From positions 1 through 38,383 of IMG/VR virus record IMGVR_UViG_3300027777_000006: DNA of 38,383 bases; one strand, given 5' to 3'. Positions 7,595 to 15,314 of the stretch are shown here, one piece after another. The stretch comes from a virus (taxonomy: Duplodnaviria; Caudoviricetes). A program made the position numbers and the translations under genes. The notes under the pieces were generated by a model. That model had not been told where the DNA came from. It saw only the letters and a list, made by a program, of their open reading frames with translations, and searched no databases. Every line of letters begins with the position of its first letter. The stretch's first letter is position 1.

Positions 7595-7789
7595 CCGTTC
7601 CGTTCCGTTCCGTTCCGTTCCGTTCAATGTCTCGGAACAAACTTTCGTCTGATTGTCAAGTGCTGCACGAGCGATCTCAACGATCTCCATCAGATCCTCG
7701 TAGGTGACATCGGGGTCATCCTCACCGAGTTGCACGAGCGTTTTTAGTTGTTGGGGTTTCAGTTGTAGTGGGGGGCACGCTTGTGTCAT
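7586..7789 (-). CDS. Hypothetical protein whose C-terminus is encoded by the microsatellite
   Basis: 67-aa ORF ending NGTERNGTERNG; stop codon lies inside the terminator stem. Confidence 0.5.
   Translation of the reverse strand: MTQACPPLQLKPQQLKTLVQLGEDDPDVTYEDLMEIVEIARAALDNQTKVCSETLNGTERNGTERNG
7591..7625. repeat. Pentanucleotide microsatellite (CGTTC)7
   Basis: Seven perfect tandem copies. Confidence 0.92.
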
Positions 7790-7879
7790 GCACCATCTAA
7801 TACATTCGCTTAGTCGTAGTGTATATAAGAAAATTGCTTAGAGGCGAAAATAAACCACAGACCAGCATAGACACTGGAT

Positions 7880-8935
7880 CTATAAAGCCCACCATCTCGC
7901 GGCATCTCGGCGGGAGACGGCATTAGCGTAGGTCTCGTAAATCAACTTTGGGGAAACGTGCCCCATCTCAAAAGCGGTTGATGCGGCATCCTTAAAGTGC
8001 GCGAGATGGTAACTGGCAAACGAGTGCCGGAGGGCATTCTGTGGGAACCTATCGCCACCCAACTTTGCCTCCGCAGGCATCCCGCGGTGGCACTTCCATT
8101 CCTTACTCTCACCAACAAGAGACCCTTCTCCTTTTGGCAGGTGCCGGATCACTGCATCTTGCAGGGTGACGCTTCGCGGCCTTCGTGCCTGCCCCTGCTT
8201 GCTTTGGTGCTTGTTGACATTGATCTCCGCGAACTCCTCATCAACGCAATCGTATGCCATCCTCGACAACTCGATGACCCTCAGTCCGGCAAACCCTCCG
8301 AGCACGAACTTGCACTTGATCCATGACTCCACCTCCAGCTTGAGCAGACCATCCATCTCGTCCGGTGTGAGGATCTGCATGCGGGCATCCTTATCCGATT
8401 TGGGGGGTGCCTCCATATCCAACGCGGGAGAGTTCGGCACCATCTTGCGGATGGTTCTCCAACTGTAGAACTGCCGGACTTGGGCGAAGTGGTTAAATAC
8501 GGTTCGGACTCCGTGATTCAGTGAGGAGAGCCAATTCTCGATATCGTCGCCACCGATGTCCTTCGGGGAGAGGTCTCCGTAGTTTGCGGCAAATCGTCTG
8601 AGGCATGTCTTGGCTTGATCCACTCCGGTCGCGGCTCTCCCGCGGGACTCCTGCTCGGCAATGTACAGTTGCACGAGTGAGGAGATGGTATCCGAGGAAC
8701 CTAACCGCTCGACCCTCTCCCTCACGATGCCGAGCTTGTGCTGACTCATGTGGTTCACACAGAACCTCATTGCCTCCTCCTGCTTATCAAAAAACTTCTT
8801 CCCGCGGGCACCATTGTTGAGGTATTCGGGCAGATCCACCACCCACTGCTGGCGCGAAGGGTAGAACCGTGGGGTGAGACGTTTGGACTTTTGGTAGGTC
8901 GATGCGTTGGTTGTGGTCAGTTCCATTGGTTCCAC
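7880..8935 (-). CDS. int: Tyrosine recombinase (integrase)
   Basis: Catalytic residues: AGLR, K, NALRHSFASY, MGH, Y (ETYAN). Confidence 0.95.
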   Translation of the reverse strand: MEPMELTTTNASTYQKSKRLTPRFYPSRQQWVVDLPEYLNNGARGKKFFDKQEEAMRFCVNHMSQHKLGIVRERVERLGSSDTISSLVQLYIAEQESRGRAATGVDQAKTCLRRFAANYGDLSPKDIGGDDIENWLSSLNHGVRTVFNHFAQVRQFYSWRTIRKMVPNSPALDMEAPPKSDKDARMQILTPDEMDGLLKLEVESWIKCKFVLGGFAGLRVIELSRMAYDCVDEEFAEINVNKHQSKQGQARRPRSVTLQDAVIRHLPKGEGSLVGESKEWKCHRGMPAEAKLGGDRFPQNALRHSFASYHLAHFKDAASTAFEMGHVSPKLIYETYANAVSRRDAARWWAL

Positions 8936-9022
8936 TTCGCACTATCCTCCACCGAAGTCAACCACCCTCTACACTCTGTTATTTGCTTGCTCTGCGGGTT
9001 TTTTGCCCTACAGAGAAAAGGA

Positions 9023-9046
9023 GCGGTGAGGCAGGGATTCGAACCC
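9023..9046 (-). mobile_element. attP: attP core equal to the 3' end of a tRNA (Ser-like)
   Basis: Minus strand GGGTTCGAATCCCTGCCTCACCGC = T-loop, T-stem and acceptor ending CTCACCG; about 90 bp upstream of int; no tRNA 5' half present. Confidence 0.85.
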
Positions 9047-9064
9047 AAGAGGTTATCTGTGTAG

Positions 9065-9096
9065 AAGTGGGACTATTTTCGGTTTCAGTCCCACTT
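9065..9096. repeat. 10-bp inverted repeat beside attP (integrase arm sites or terminator)
   Basis: AAGTGGGACT-N12-AGTCCCACTT; a similar GGTTCCACTT occurs at about 8928-8937. Confidence 0.6.
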
Positions 9097-9120
9097 TAAT
9101 AGCAGGCAGGGTCTGTAACC

Positions 9121-9354
9121 CTACCTCAAATCCTCATCCTCATCATCCTCCAACTCAACGACGATCTCTTGCTCCTGCTCGTCCACCCACTTGCGGACAT
9201 GACCGTACCGTGCAAACCAGTTGCCAGCACCAGTTTCAATGACGCTCGTCTCTCCTTCCTCATGTCGGGTGGTGAATATCTGAACCGTGTCAAAGTGCTC
9301 GCTGAGTTGCTGCATCATTTTCTCGACCAGCCTCTCCTGCGGTTGCTGCTTCAT
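9121..9354 (-). CDS. Hypothetical protein with acidic C-terminus
   Basis: ATGA-coupled ORF; GAGNWFARYG motif. Confidence 0.7.
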   Translation of the reverse strand: MKQQPQERLVEKMMQQLSEHFDTVQIFTTRHEEGETSVIETGAGNWFARYGHVRKWVDEQEQEIVVELEDDEDEDLR

Positions 9355-9614
9355 TTGAGTCGGAAGAAAGCAACTTCCCTGCGGGTTCCGTTCTTGAGGA
9401 GGTAAAAGGATTGCACCTCCATTGCCCCGTCCGCGACCCGTCTCCTCAACCGTTTATCGGCAGCATCGCGGGAGACGTTGTGACGGGTAGCCATAGTGAT
9501 CGCGGCGACCCATCCCTCTTCGAGTAGGTCACTCTCCGAATCGACAGCGAACTCTGCATCAAGTGCAGCGAGCGCACTCTCTTTTAGGTCATGCGAAGAT
9601 GGGTCTAGTTTCAC
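9351..9614 (-). CDS. Small putative winged-HTH protein
   Basis: ATRHNVSRDAADKRLRRRVADG helix pattern followed by a beta hairpin. Confidence 0.55.
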   Translation of the reverse strand: MKLDPSSHDLKESALAALDAEFAVDSESDLLEEGWVAAITMATRHNVSRDAADKRLRRRVADGAMEVQSFYLLKNGTRREVAFFRLK

Positions 9615-10407
9615 GGGGAGTGTAGGTTAGTGGGATTACCGCAGGGATCTCGCCATCGGGCGTTACAGACCAATCTAAGAGCGTCATGCCGCACGAGCAG
9701 ATGCTGTCACCAACCACTTTGTGAGCGTAGCGGGTGAGCACCTGCCAAGCGGGGGTGACGAGGAAGAGACCGCGACCATCCGAGAAGTGACCACCAACGT
9801 GTCGGTGACCGCGGGCATAGACCGTTGGGACTCGGTGACCGGATCGTGCGTAGTTCTGACGAGCATTCCCCATCGTGATACTCATGGCACCCGCCTCAAG
9901 ATATGCGCGGGCCGATGTCGGCATGTGGTGGGCAATGTCCATGAGGGTGCCATTCACTTCGATCAGTGCCTTATCTCCGCACCACTCGCCTTTGAGTTCC
10001 TTGCAGATGAACTTCTCGTAGTCACCCACATGGCATTCGGTGCCTGCCGTAAAGAACCTCCGAGACGCGGCCTGCGCGAGAGGCTCAAGAGCTACCACTG
10101 CTGCCGCGGCATGCTCCATATTCTTAGAGACTACGATCTCGGTGGTGCCGTGATGCCGTCCCTCAATGAGATCGCCATTGCAGATGAGGTAGAAGGGTCT
10201 CCCATTGAAGTGGGCAATAGTACGCTTCACCGCGTCTTGCCAGCACTCCCATAGCCACCGTTGGTGAAGGTTGTTGCCGATGCCTACCGTGTTGCCCGTG
10301 TCGGTCTCGCAGTTGTCGGGCCAAAGACCTACCGATGATCCGCAGTGGAGATCAGAGACGATCACCACACCTGCTACACGTTCCGGTTGTTTGGTTTTTT
10401 TCTTCAT
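9589..10407 (-). CDS. Calcineurin-like metallophosphoesterase
   Basis: SDLHCG, NGDLIEG, GTECH, AHH, RGHRH metal-binding motifs. Confidence 0.85.
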   Translation of the reverse strand: MKKKTKQPERVAGVVIVSDLHCGSSVGLWPDNCETDTGNTVGIGNNLHQRWLWECWQDAVKRTIAHFNGRPFYLICNGDLIEGRHHGTTEIVVSKNMEHAAAAVVALEPLAQAASRRFFTAGTECHVGDYEKFICKELKGEWCGDKALIEVNGTLMDIAHHMPTSARAYLEAGAMSITMGNARQNYARSGHRVPTVYARGHRHVGGHFSDGRGLFLVTPAWQVLTRYAHKVVGDSICSCGMTLLDWSVTPDGEIPAVIPLTYTPRETRPIFA

Positions 10408-10976
10408 GCGAATTTCTCAGCTACGTCCTTATTTCGATTCAGCCAACCGGAGAGGAAGCGGGCGCGAGATCCGTGACCGATCTCTTCGTAGTGGGCGCGA
10501 CCGAGTTCGATCAGCTTGAGGCAGAGTTCGTGCTGGTCGGTTTGGTAGCAGGCGCGGGTGGTGATGGGGCCGAGTTGACCATCCACCTTCACGAAACCGA
10601 CTGCTTGCTGGAGAATCATGATTGCTGTCGTGCGTCCCATATTGAGTCCGTAGTTCGCGGCGATCTGAGTCACTCCATTGGGGAGGAGTGAGAATGGGAT
10701 CCAGTACTTTCGGAAGTAGGTCTCGATGACGAAGGTGGGCGAAGGGGTTCCGGTGATTGGAAGGGAGTCTGATTTAGTGGTCAATCCGCAGTAGGTTCGA
10801 CCCTGCCCGTCCGAGAGATACTCGTCTTTGATGTGACCATCCGATCCCACTTCCACCTCCCACTTCATCATTAAGGAAAACCATTCCCTAAAAACGGTAG
10901 GCTTTTCGGAGGCAAGTTGGAGGAGTTGGTCAACCTTCACGCGGTGATATCTATATACACCTACGGGCAGGTGCAA
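10404..10976 (-). CDS. Endolysin, glycoside hydrolase family 108 with peptidoglycan-binding C-terminus
   Basis: TYCGLT, YFRKYW, LNMG, VDGQLGPIT, RFLSGWLNR; true start may be slightly downstream. Confidence 0.85.
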   Translation of the reverse strand: MHLPVGVYRYHRVKVDQLLQLASEKPTVFREWFSLMMKWEVEVGSDGHIKDEYLSDGQGRTYCGLTTKSDSLPITGTPSPTFVIETYFRKYWIPFSLLPNGVTQIAANYGLNMGRTTAIMILQQAVGFVKVDGQLGPITTRACYQTDQHELCLKLIELGRAHYEEIGHGSRARFLSGWLNRNKDVAEKFA

Positions 10977-10979
10977 CCT

Positions 10980-11384
10980 CTACTTAGTAACTCCCTTGAT
11001 CTTCTCCCAACTGCGATAGCCACCGAGTCCAAGCATTCCAATGAGAACGGTCATGAGTGCGTCCGACTGAAGGGCTACCACGGGGGCGGGTGCGTGGTAC
11101 CATAGGGCATAGGCAAAACTGAAGAGGGGTTGACCTACGAACTGCCAAGCAAAGGCAAGGGCGCACACCCACCCGACACATGGTCTCCAACCAGACACAA
11201 AGAGGTTGGAGTTCTGAGCCTCTGCCGCATTTACATCAGTCTGCGCTTTGGACATTGCCGCTTCCATGTCCATTAATTTCATGGACAGTTCCGCTTGAAT
11301 CTTCACCTGCGCGTCCCGATCCGGCACGAACTTGTTGATGATTCCACCAACGGTGGTGACCATTTGAGGAATATCCCAAAGCAT
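10980..11384 (-). CDS. Holin (3-TM, GTA-type)
   Basis: SGWRPCVGWVC...LIGMLGLGGYRSWEKIKG. Confidence 0.88.
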   Translation of the reverse strand: MLWDIPQMVTTVGGIINKFVPDRDAQVKIQAELSMKLMDMEAAMSKAQTDVNAAEAQNSNLFVSGWRPCVGWVCALAFAWQFVGQPLFSFAYALWYHAPAPVVALQSDALMTVLIGMLGLGGYRSWEKIKGVTK

Positions 11385-11617
11385 CAGCGTACCTCGTCAA
11401 TCGTGACTTCGGGGTGCCTTTCCAACCAAAGGCGGGTGACCTTTGGTTTCATGTAGTCCCTGTCAGAAGCCAAAATTTCCTGCCCGTAGTGGTCTGTCAC
11501 CATGATGCCGAGACCAACTGCGAGACAACCGATGAGGGGGAGACCGATCCAACGGATGATGCCGAGAATGGAACGGAGCGTCCCAAGAATCTCGTCGTGG
11601 TTGGTCGGAGTGGTCAT
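11384..11617 (-). CDS. Small membrane protein (lysis region)
   Basis: One hydrophobic helix; translationally coupled. Confidence 0.6.
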   Translation of the reverse strand: MTTPTNHDEILGTLRSILGIIRWIGLPLIGCLAVGLGIMVTDHYGQEILASDRDYMKPKVTRLWLERHPEVTIDEVR

Positions 11618-11841
11618 TTTGAGTGGAGGTATGCTGCGAGAGAAAGGGCGATGTAGACAATCGAACCCGTGATTTTGGAGTCAACGTACTTAGCTTCTTT
11701 GACAAGTGCGGTTCTTACTTGCTGGTAGGCAATCTGAGTTTTAACAACGCCTGCGTGTTCGATGTCGTTCAACTCCCTCACGATCCGAACCGCTAGAGGG
11801 TACGACTTAACGAGTAGCCAAAGATCGCGGAGGAGTTGCAT
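11614..11841 (-). CDS. Hypothetical protein with hydrophobic C-terminus
   Basis: Coupled ORF in the late operon. Confidence 0.6.
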   Translation of the reverse strand: MQLLRDLWLLVKSYPLAVRIVRELNDIEHAGVVKTQIAYQQVRTALVKEAKYVDSKITGSIVYIALSLAAYLHSK

Positions 11842-11851
11842 GGGAGGGGAA

Positions 11852-12055
11852 CTACTTAATCGAAACCTGTAGGAAGCCCCCGCCGTTTGGTTGGACAGTT
11901 ACTAGGAATGATGCAATGTCTGCGGCAGTCTTGCCAGCAGGGAGGGTGATAAGGCCAGAACCACCAAGCAGGGCTTGAAAGGCAGTGACATCAGCGGCGA
12001 CGAGGGTAGCACGAGCCTGAGTAGGAGCGACAACTGGAGTTAGGGTGAGGGACAT
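11852..12055 (-). CDS. Small virion-associated hypothetical protein
   Basis: 67 aa, Ala/Thr/Val-rich; A/C-rich leader. Confidence 0.65.
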   Translation of the reverse strand: MSLTLTPVVAPTQARATLVAADVTAFQALLGGSGLITLPAGKTAADIASFLVTVQPNGGGFLQVSIK

Positions 12056-12148
12056 TATTTTGTTTGTCTGGTTTGGACAGTTAGACTTCTGGTTGTTTGT
12101 CTATGGGTAATGTTCGGCTATCGCTTATTCATTTCCAGAGATCAAAGT

Positions 12149-12892
12149 TTAGAGATTAATGAACCAAGGTAGGTTGAGGAGTCTGGCAATCATTTGGTCG
12201 CTTCCTCCAGATGCAGGAGTTGGGTAGCCAAAAGCTACGCCAAATCCACTTACGGAGAGAAATGTATTTCCTCCATTGGTAGATATGTTTACCGCTGGGT
12301 AAATAAAAGTACCGCTAATGATGGTTCCGTTGTTTAGAAAGTCAGATCCAGAGAACAAGGCGGGCGTACCATGCTCTTGGCCATTGATGGTGCCTCCAAA
12401 ATTCCTAAAACCAGATCCAGAGAATGAGCCGCCGAAGATCGTGTTGTAGTTACCAAAATCACTTCCAGAGAATGTTCCTGCTTCAATTCCTCCGCCGTTG
12501 TAAAAATTATCTCCAGAGAATGAGCCGCCGAAGATCGTGCCGCCGTTGAAAAAATCAGCTCCAGAGAATGTGCCGCCGAAGATCGTGCCAACATTGCTAA
12601 AACTAGCTCCAGAGAACGTGCCTCCATTGATGGTTCCACCATTCAGAACACTATAAATGTTGCAAGTTCCAGTTGCGTCTGTTCCAATAGCAACTCCAAT
12701 AGCAACTCCAATTATAGGAGCATTCGTTGCTCCTAATGCTAAAGTGAGATCGTAACCTAAGTATGTTGGAGGAACATCAGCATCAATCCAAGGCGCAAAA
12801 CCAGCAGGGATAATAGCGGTGTCATCAACCCACCAATTTAGAGGATCTTCCCATGCTTGAGAGCCTGAGTCTTGCCAGTATAAGTTAGCCAT
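12149..12892 (-). CDS. Gly-rich 16-aa repeat protein (putative beta-helix tail or receptor-binding protein)
   Basis: About 7 copies of (N)xGTIxGGxFSGxxF. Confidence 0.75.
   Translation of the reverse strand: MANLYWQDSGSQAWEDPLNWWVDDTAIIPAGFAPWIDADVPPTYLGYDLTLALGATNAPIIGVAIGVAIGTDATGTCNIYSVLNGGTINGGTFSGASFSNVGTIFGGTFSGADFFNGGTIFGGSFSGDNFYNGGGIEAGTFSGSDFGNYNTIFGGSFSGSGFRNFGGTINGQEHGTPALFSGSDFLNNGTIISGTFIYPAVNISTNGGNTFLSVSGFGVAFGYPTPASGGSDQMIARLLNLPWFINL
12330..12645. repeat. 48-bp-period tandem coding repeat
   Basis: CCAGAGAATG(A/T)GCCGCCGAAGATCGTG at 12417, 12513 and 12561, with degenerate units between. Confidence 0.85.
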
Positions 12893-12903
12893 GAGCTAAG
12901 AGA

Positions 12904-13335
12904 TTAGTCTTGCTGGACCCGAGTGACTGCACCATTCACATCATAGGTCAATGCGAGGTAATAGACAGGAGTTCCGTTTTGCTTGAAAATGATTTCCGTT
13001 GGCTTGGTTGGGAATGAGCCGTTTGTGTATTCCATAACCACATCGTTGTAGGGGGGGATAGAGAAGCCTGCTACCTTCGTGTTAGAGGACTTGATTGCAG
13101 CGGTGTCTGCCGCTTGCCCCGTTGCAATTCCGTTTGCCGTGTCCATCTTTGACTCAATGAGCGAGAGATCGGTCGAGATCGTTGCCTGTGCATCGACCAG
13201 CAACTTGCCCGTGGTAGCGTCTACCAGCAAAGGCATCGACCCGCCTACCTCATCAACCGGAGGAAGGGTATCACCTGCCGTCCACCGGATCGCGGTGTGA
13301 CGAGCGTGAGAATTACGGATCGAAGGAGTCGCCAT
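12904..13335 (-). CDS. Tail-associated hypothetical protein
   Basis: 143-aa ORF in the tail cluster ending LALTYDVNGAVTRV. Confidence 0.7.
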   Translation of the reverse strand: MATPSIRNSHARHTAIRWTAGDTLPPVDEVGGSMPLLVDATTGKLLVDAQATISTDLSLIESKMDTANGIATGQAADTAAIKSSNTKVAGFSIPPYNDVVMEYTNGSFPTKPTEIIFKQNGTPVYYLALTYDVNGAVTRVQQD

Positions 13336-13338
13336 GAC

Positions 13339-13572
13339 TTAGTCGTTTCCGGCTACGTCAGACGGGTATGCCGTGCTGGTCAGAGCGGCATTCGTGATGT
13401 CCTCAGAATACTTCTCTGCGGCAGTTGCCTTAGAGGGGAAGTTTGGGATCTCCGCGGAGAGAGGGCCGTCGATAGGGGCACCGAGATCGATGTACATCCG
13501 CATCGCGGGATTCGATGTGTCGATGCGGGTGGCTCCGGTAACGTGAGCGTAAGTGGCGGGTGTGATGGACAT
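13339..13572 (-). CDS. Hypothetical virion protein
   Basis: Tightly packed ORF with a C/A-rich leader. Confidence 0.65.
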   Translation of the reverse strand: MSITPATYAHVTGATRIDTSNPAMRMYIDLGAPIDGPLSAEIPNFPSKATAAEKYSEDITNAALTSTAYPSDVAGND

Positions 13573-13587
13573 AGTGGTGAGGGGTGA

Positions 13588-13776
13588 TTATAGGTTTGGA
13601 GTGACGGGTTCTGGAGGAGGTTCGGCTAGAATGCGTTCACATTCTGCGGTGATAGCCTTGTCGGTGACGCTTTTAGGCACACCCTCTTCTCGGTAGAAGT
13701 ATGCGTTACAAATAGGATATCCGAGGTTGTTGCAAGCAGCACCCCATACGGTTTTGATGTAATCTTCTTTGGTCAT
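13588..13776 (-). CDS. Hypothetical protein (possible tail fibre chaperone)
   Basis: 62-aa ORF downstream of the fibre genes. Confidence 0.55.
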   Translation of the reverse strand: MTKEDYIKTVWGAACNNLGYPICNAYFYREEGVPKSVTDKAITAECERILAEPPPEPVTPNL

Positions 13777-13780
13777 AGGA

Positions 13781-14290
13781 TTAGGCGAGCTTCCAAAGTT
13801 TTAGCGTGGCGCGTTGGTCTGCGCCTGCGGTGCCGAGGGTGAATAGGGTATTATACACGCCGGATCGGTGTTCAGTTACATAACTAGATCCATAAACGAT
13901 TACCGTCATGTCAAAGATAGTGGATGAGCCAATCGTTATTTGTCCCTTCAAGCCCGTAGCGACACCCGACACAACCCAACTCGCTGTTGACGAGGAAACA
14001 ATAACGGGGGTCGTTGTTACGTTTTTTCTAAGAGATAATATGTAACTACTCCACCCTCCCGAAGTGTTCACCATAGGGCAGTTTCCCTCGAAATAATAAG
14101 TCCCTGCCGCAAGCGTGATTTGATTACTGGCAACGCTTCCAAAGTTGCCCGTATCAGCGAGCTTCGTGTCAACCGTGAGTGTGGTGACTGCATTGGAGGT
14201 TAATGGTTGAGGTGCAGTTGTCGGTGCAGTTACCCATCCAAATTCCAAATAAGGATTTGCTCCGCTTCCAATTAGTGTCGATAGGTTCAT
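13781..14290 (-). CDS. Tail fibre tip / beta-sandwich protein
   Basis: ATG 14290 immediately after the fibre stop; SVASNQITLAAGTYYF motif typical of fibre distal domains. Confidence 0.7.
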   Translation of the reverse strand: MNLSTLIGSGANPYLEFGWVTAPTTAPQPLTSNAVTTLTVDTKLADTGNFGSVASNQITLAAGTYYFEGNCPMVNTSGGWSSYILSLRKNVTTTPVIVSSSTASWVVSGVATGLKGQITIGSSTIFDMTVIVYGSSYVTEHRSGVYNTLFTLGTAGADQRATLKLWKLA

Positions 14291-14291
14291 T

Positions 14292-15251
14292 TTAGTAAAT
14301 TCTCCAAGTTGATCCGTTGTAGACTGCCGCGATTCGCTTGCCCGACACGTTGCAGACAAGATCCTCGCTTAACCCCTCAATCGTGTTTCCGTTGCGGGCC
14401 ACGGTAAGGTTGTTGGTCGCCCATGTGCGTCCTGCGTCTGCAAGAGTCACCATCGTTCCGAGGGTCGGAGTGGCGGGTAAAGTAATCGTGAAGGTGGCAG
14501 AGGTTGTGTCGGCCTCTATGCGGTCTCCTGCGACTGCGGTATATGCGGCAGTCTTTGAGACCCATGCGTTGTTGCCAACCAATCCCGACAATCCTGCGGG
14601 GGTGACTGATCCTGCCGCTACTGCGGTTGCTGTAGTGCAGGTCGTAGCGTTGCCTGTGACGCTCCCTGTGAAGGTCGGTGCTGTTAGGTTGCCCGATGCG
14701 TCCCAAGTGATATTGCCGTTAGCCGATAGCTTCGCGGGGGTGACTGCTGCTGATGCGAGCTTTGCCGATGTGATCGCACCATCTGCAATCGCGGAGGCAG
14801 TCTGCGAGACCCACGAAGGAGACCCCCCTGCTGCGGAGATACCCAAGACAAAGGGGGCAGATCCTGCCGTATTAGCGACATCGGGGAGGGTGTTGCGACT
14901 CAACTGCTGAGTCTCCATCGTGAGCTTGTCTAGTGCCTTCTCAAGACTAGCGGCAGGCAGACGATCACCCGTGGTGAGGGAGGTCAGTTGGGTATAAGGG
15001 ACACTACGGGAGATGATAACCGTCGAGGTCGCGGGAATTGCTGCCGTGGTCACAACCGATCCCGTTGACCCGTTGCCCCCAGTGACGGTGTAGTTAGTGG
15101 ATAGGGTCAGAAGGGTTGATACTCCTGCCGAATTAACCGAATAAACCTTTAGATCCGAGGCATCAAAAAACGGGTAATTGACCACATAAGCCGTCACGGT
15201 GGAGGCATTGCCCGTGATGGATACGGAGGATGTGGAGGAAGAGATGGACAT
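14292..15251 (-). CDS. Tail fibre protein (T7 gp17-like N-terminal anchor)
   Basis: YPFFDASDLKVY...TNYTVTG...ISRSVP...LEKALDKLTMETQQL; IADGAITSAKLA repeats; FTITLPATP...NNLTVARNG; start taken at ATG 15251. Confidence 0.88.
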   Translation of the reverse strand: MSISSSTSSVSITGNASTVTAYVVNYPFFDASDLKVYSVNSAGVSTLLTLSTNYTVTGGNGSTGSVVTTAAIPATSTVIISRSVPYTQLTSLTTGDRLPAASLEKALDKLTMETQQLSRNTLPDVANTAGSAPFVLGISAAGGSPSWVSQTASAIADGAITSAKLASAAVTPAKLSANGNITWDASGNLTAPTFTGSVTGNATTCTTATAVAAGSVTPAGLSGLVGNNAWVSKTAAYTAVAGDRIEADTTSATFTITLPATPTLGTMVTLADAGRTWATNNLTVARNGNTIEGLSEDLVCNVSGKRIAAVYNGSTWRIY

Positions 15252-15314
15252 CGGGTGAGTATATACACCCCTCAAAAGGGAGGGGCAACCTGTTTCAATC
15301 GGACATCTCTCATT

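Noticed and set aside
9000-9110. Complete tRNA-Ser gene
   Set aside because: Only the T-loop and 3' acceptor strand are present; no D or anticodon arm, so it is treated as attP
12330-12645. CRISPR array or DGR template/variable repeat pair
   Set aside because: Repeats are in-frame coding units without unique spacers; no cas or reverse transcriptase gene was seen
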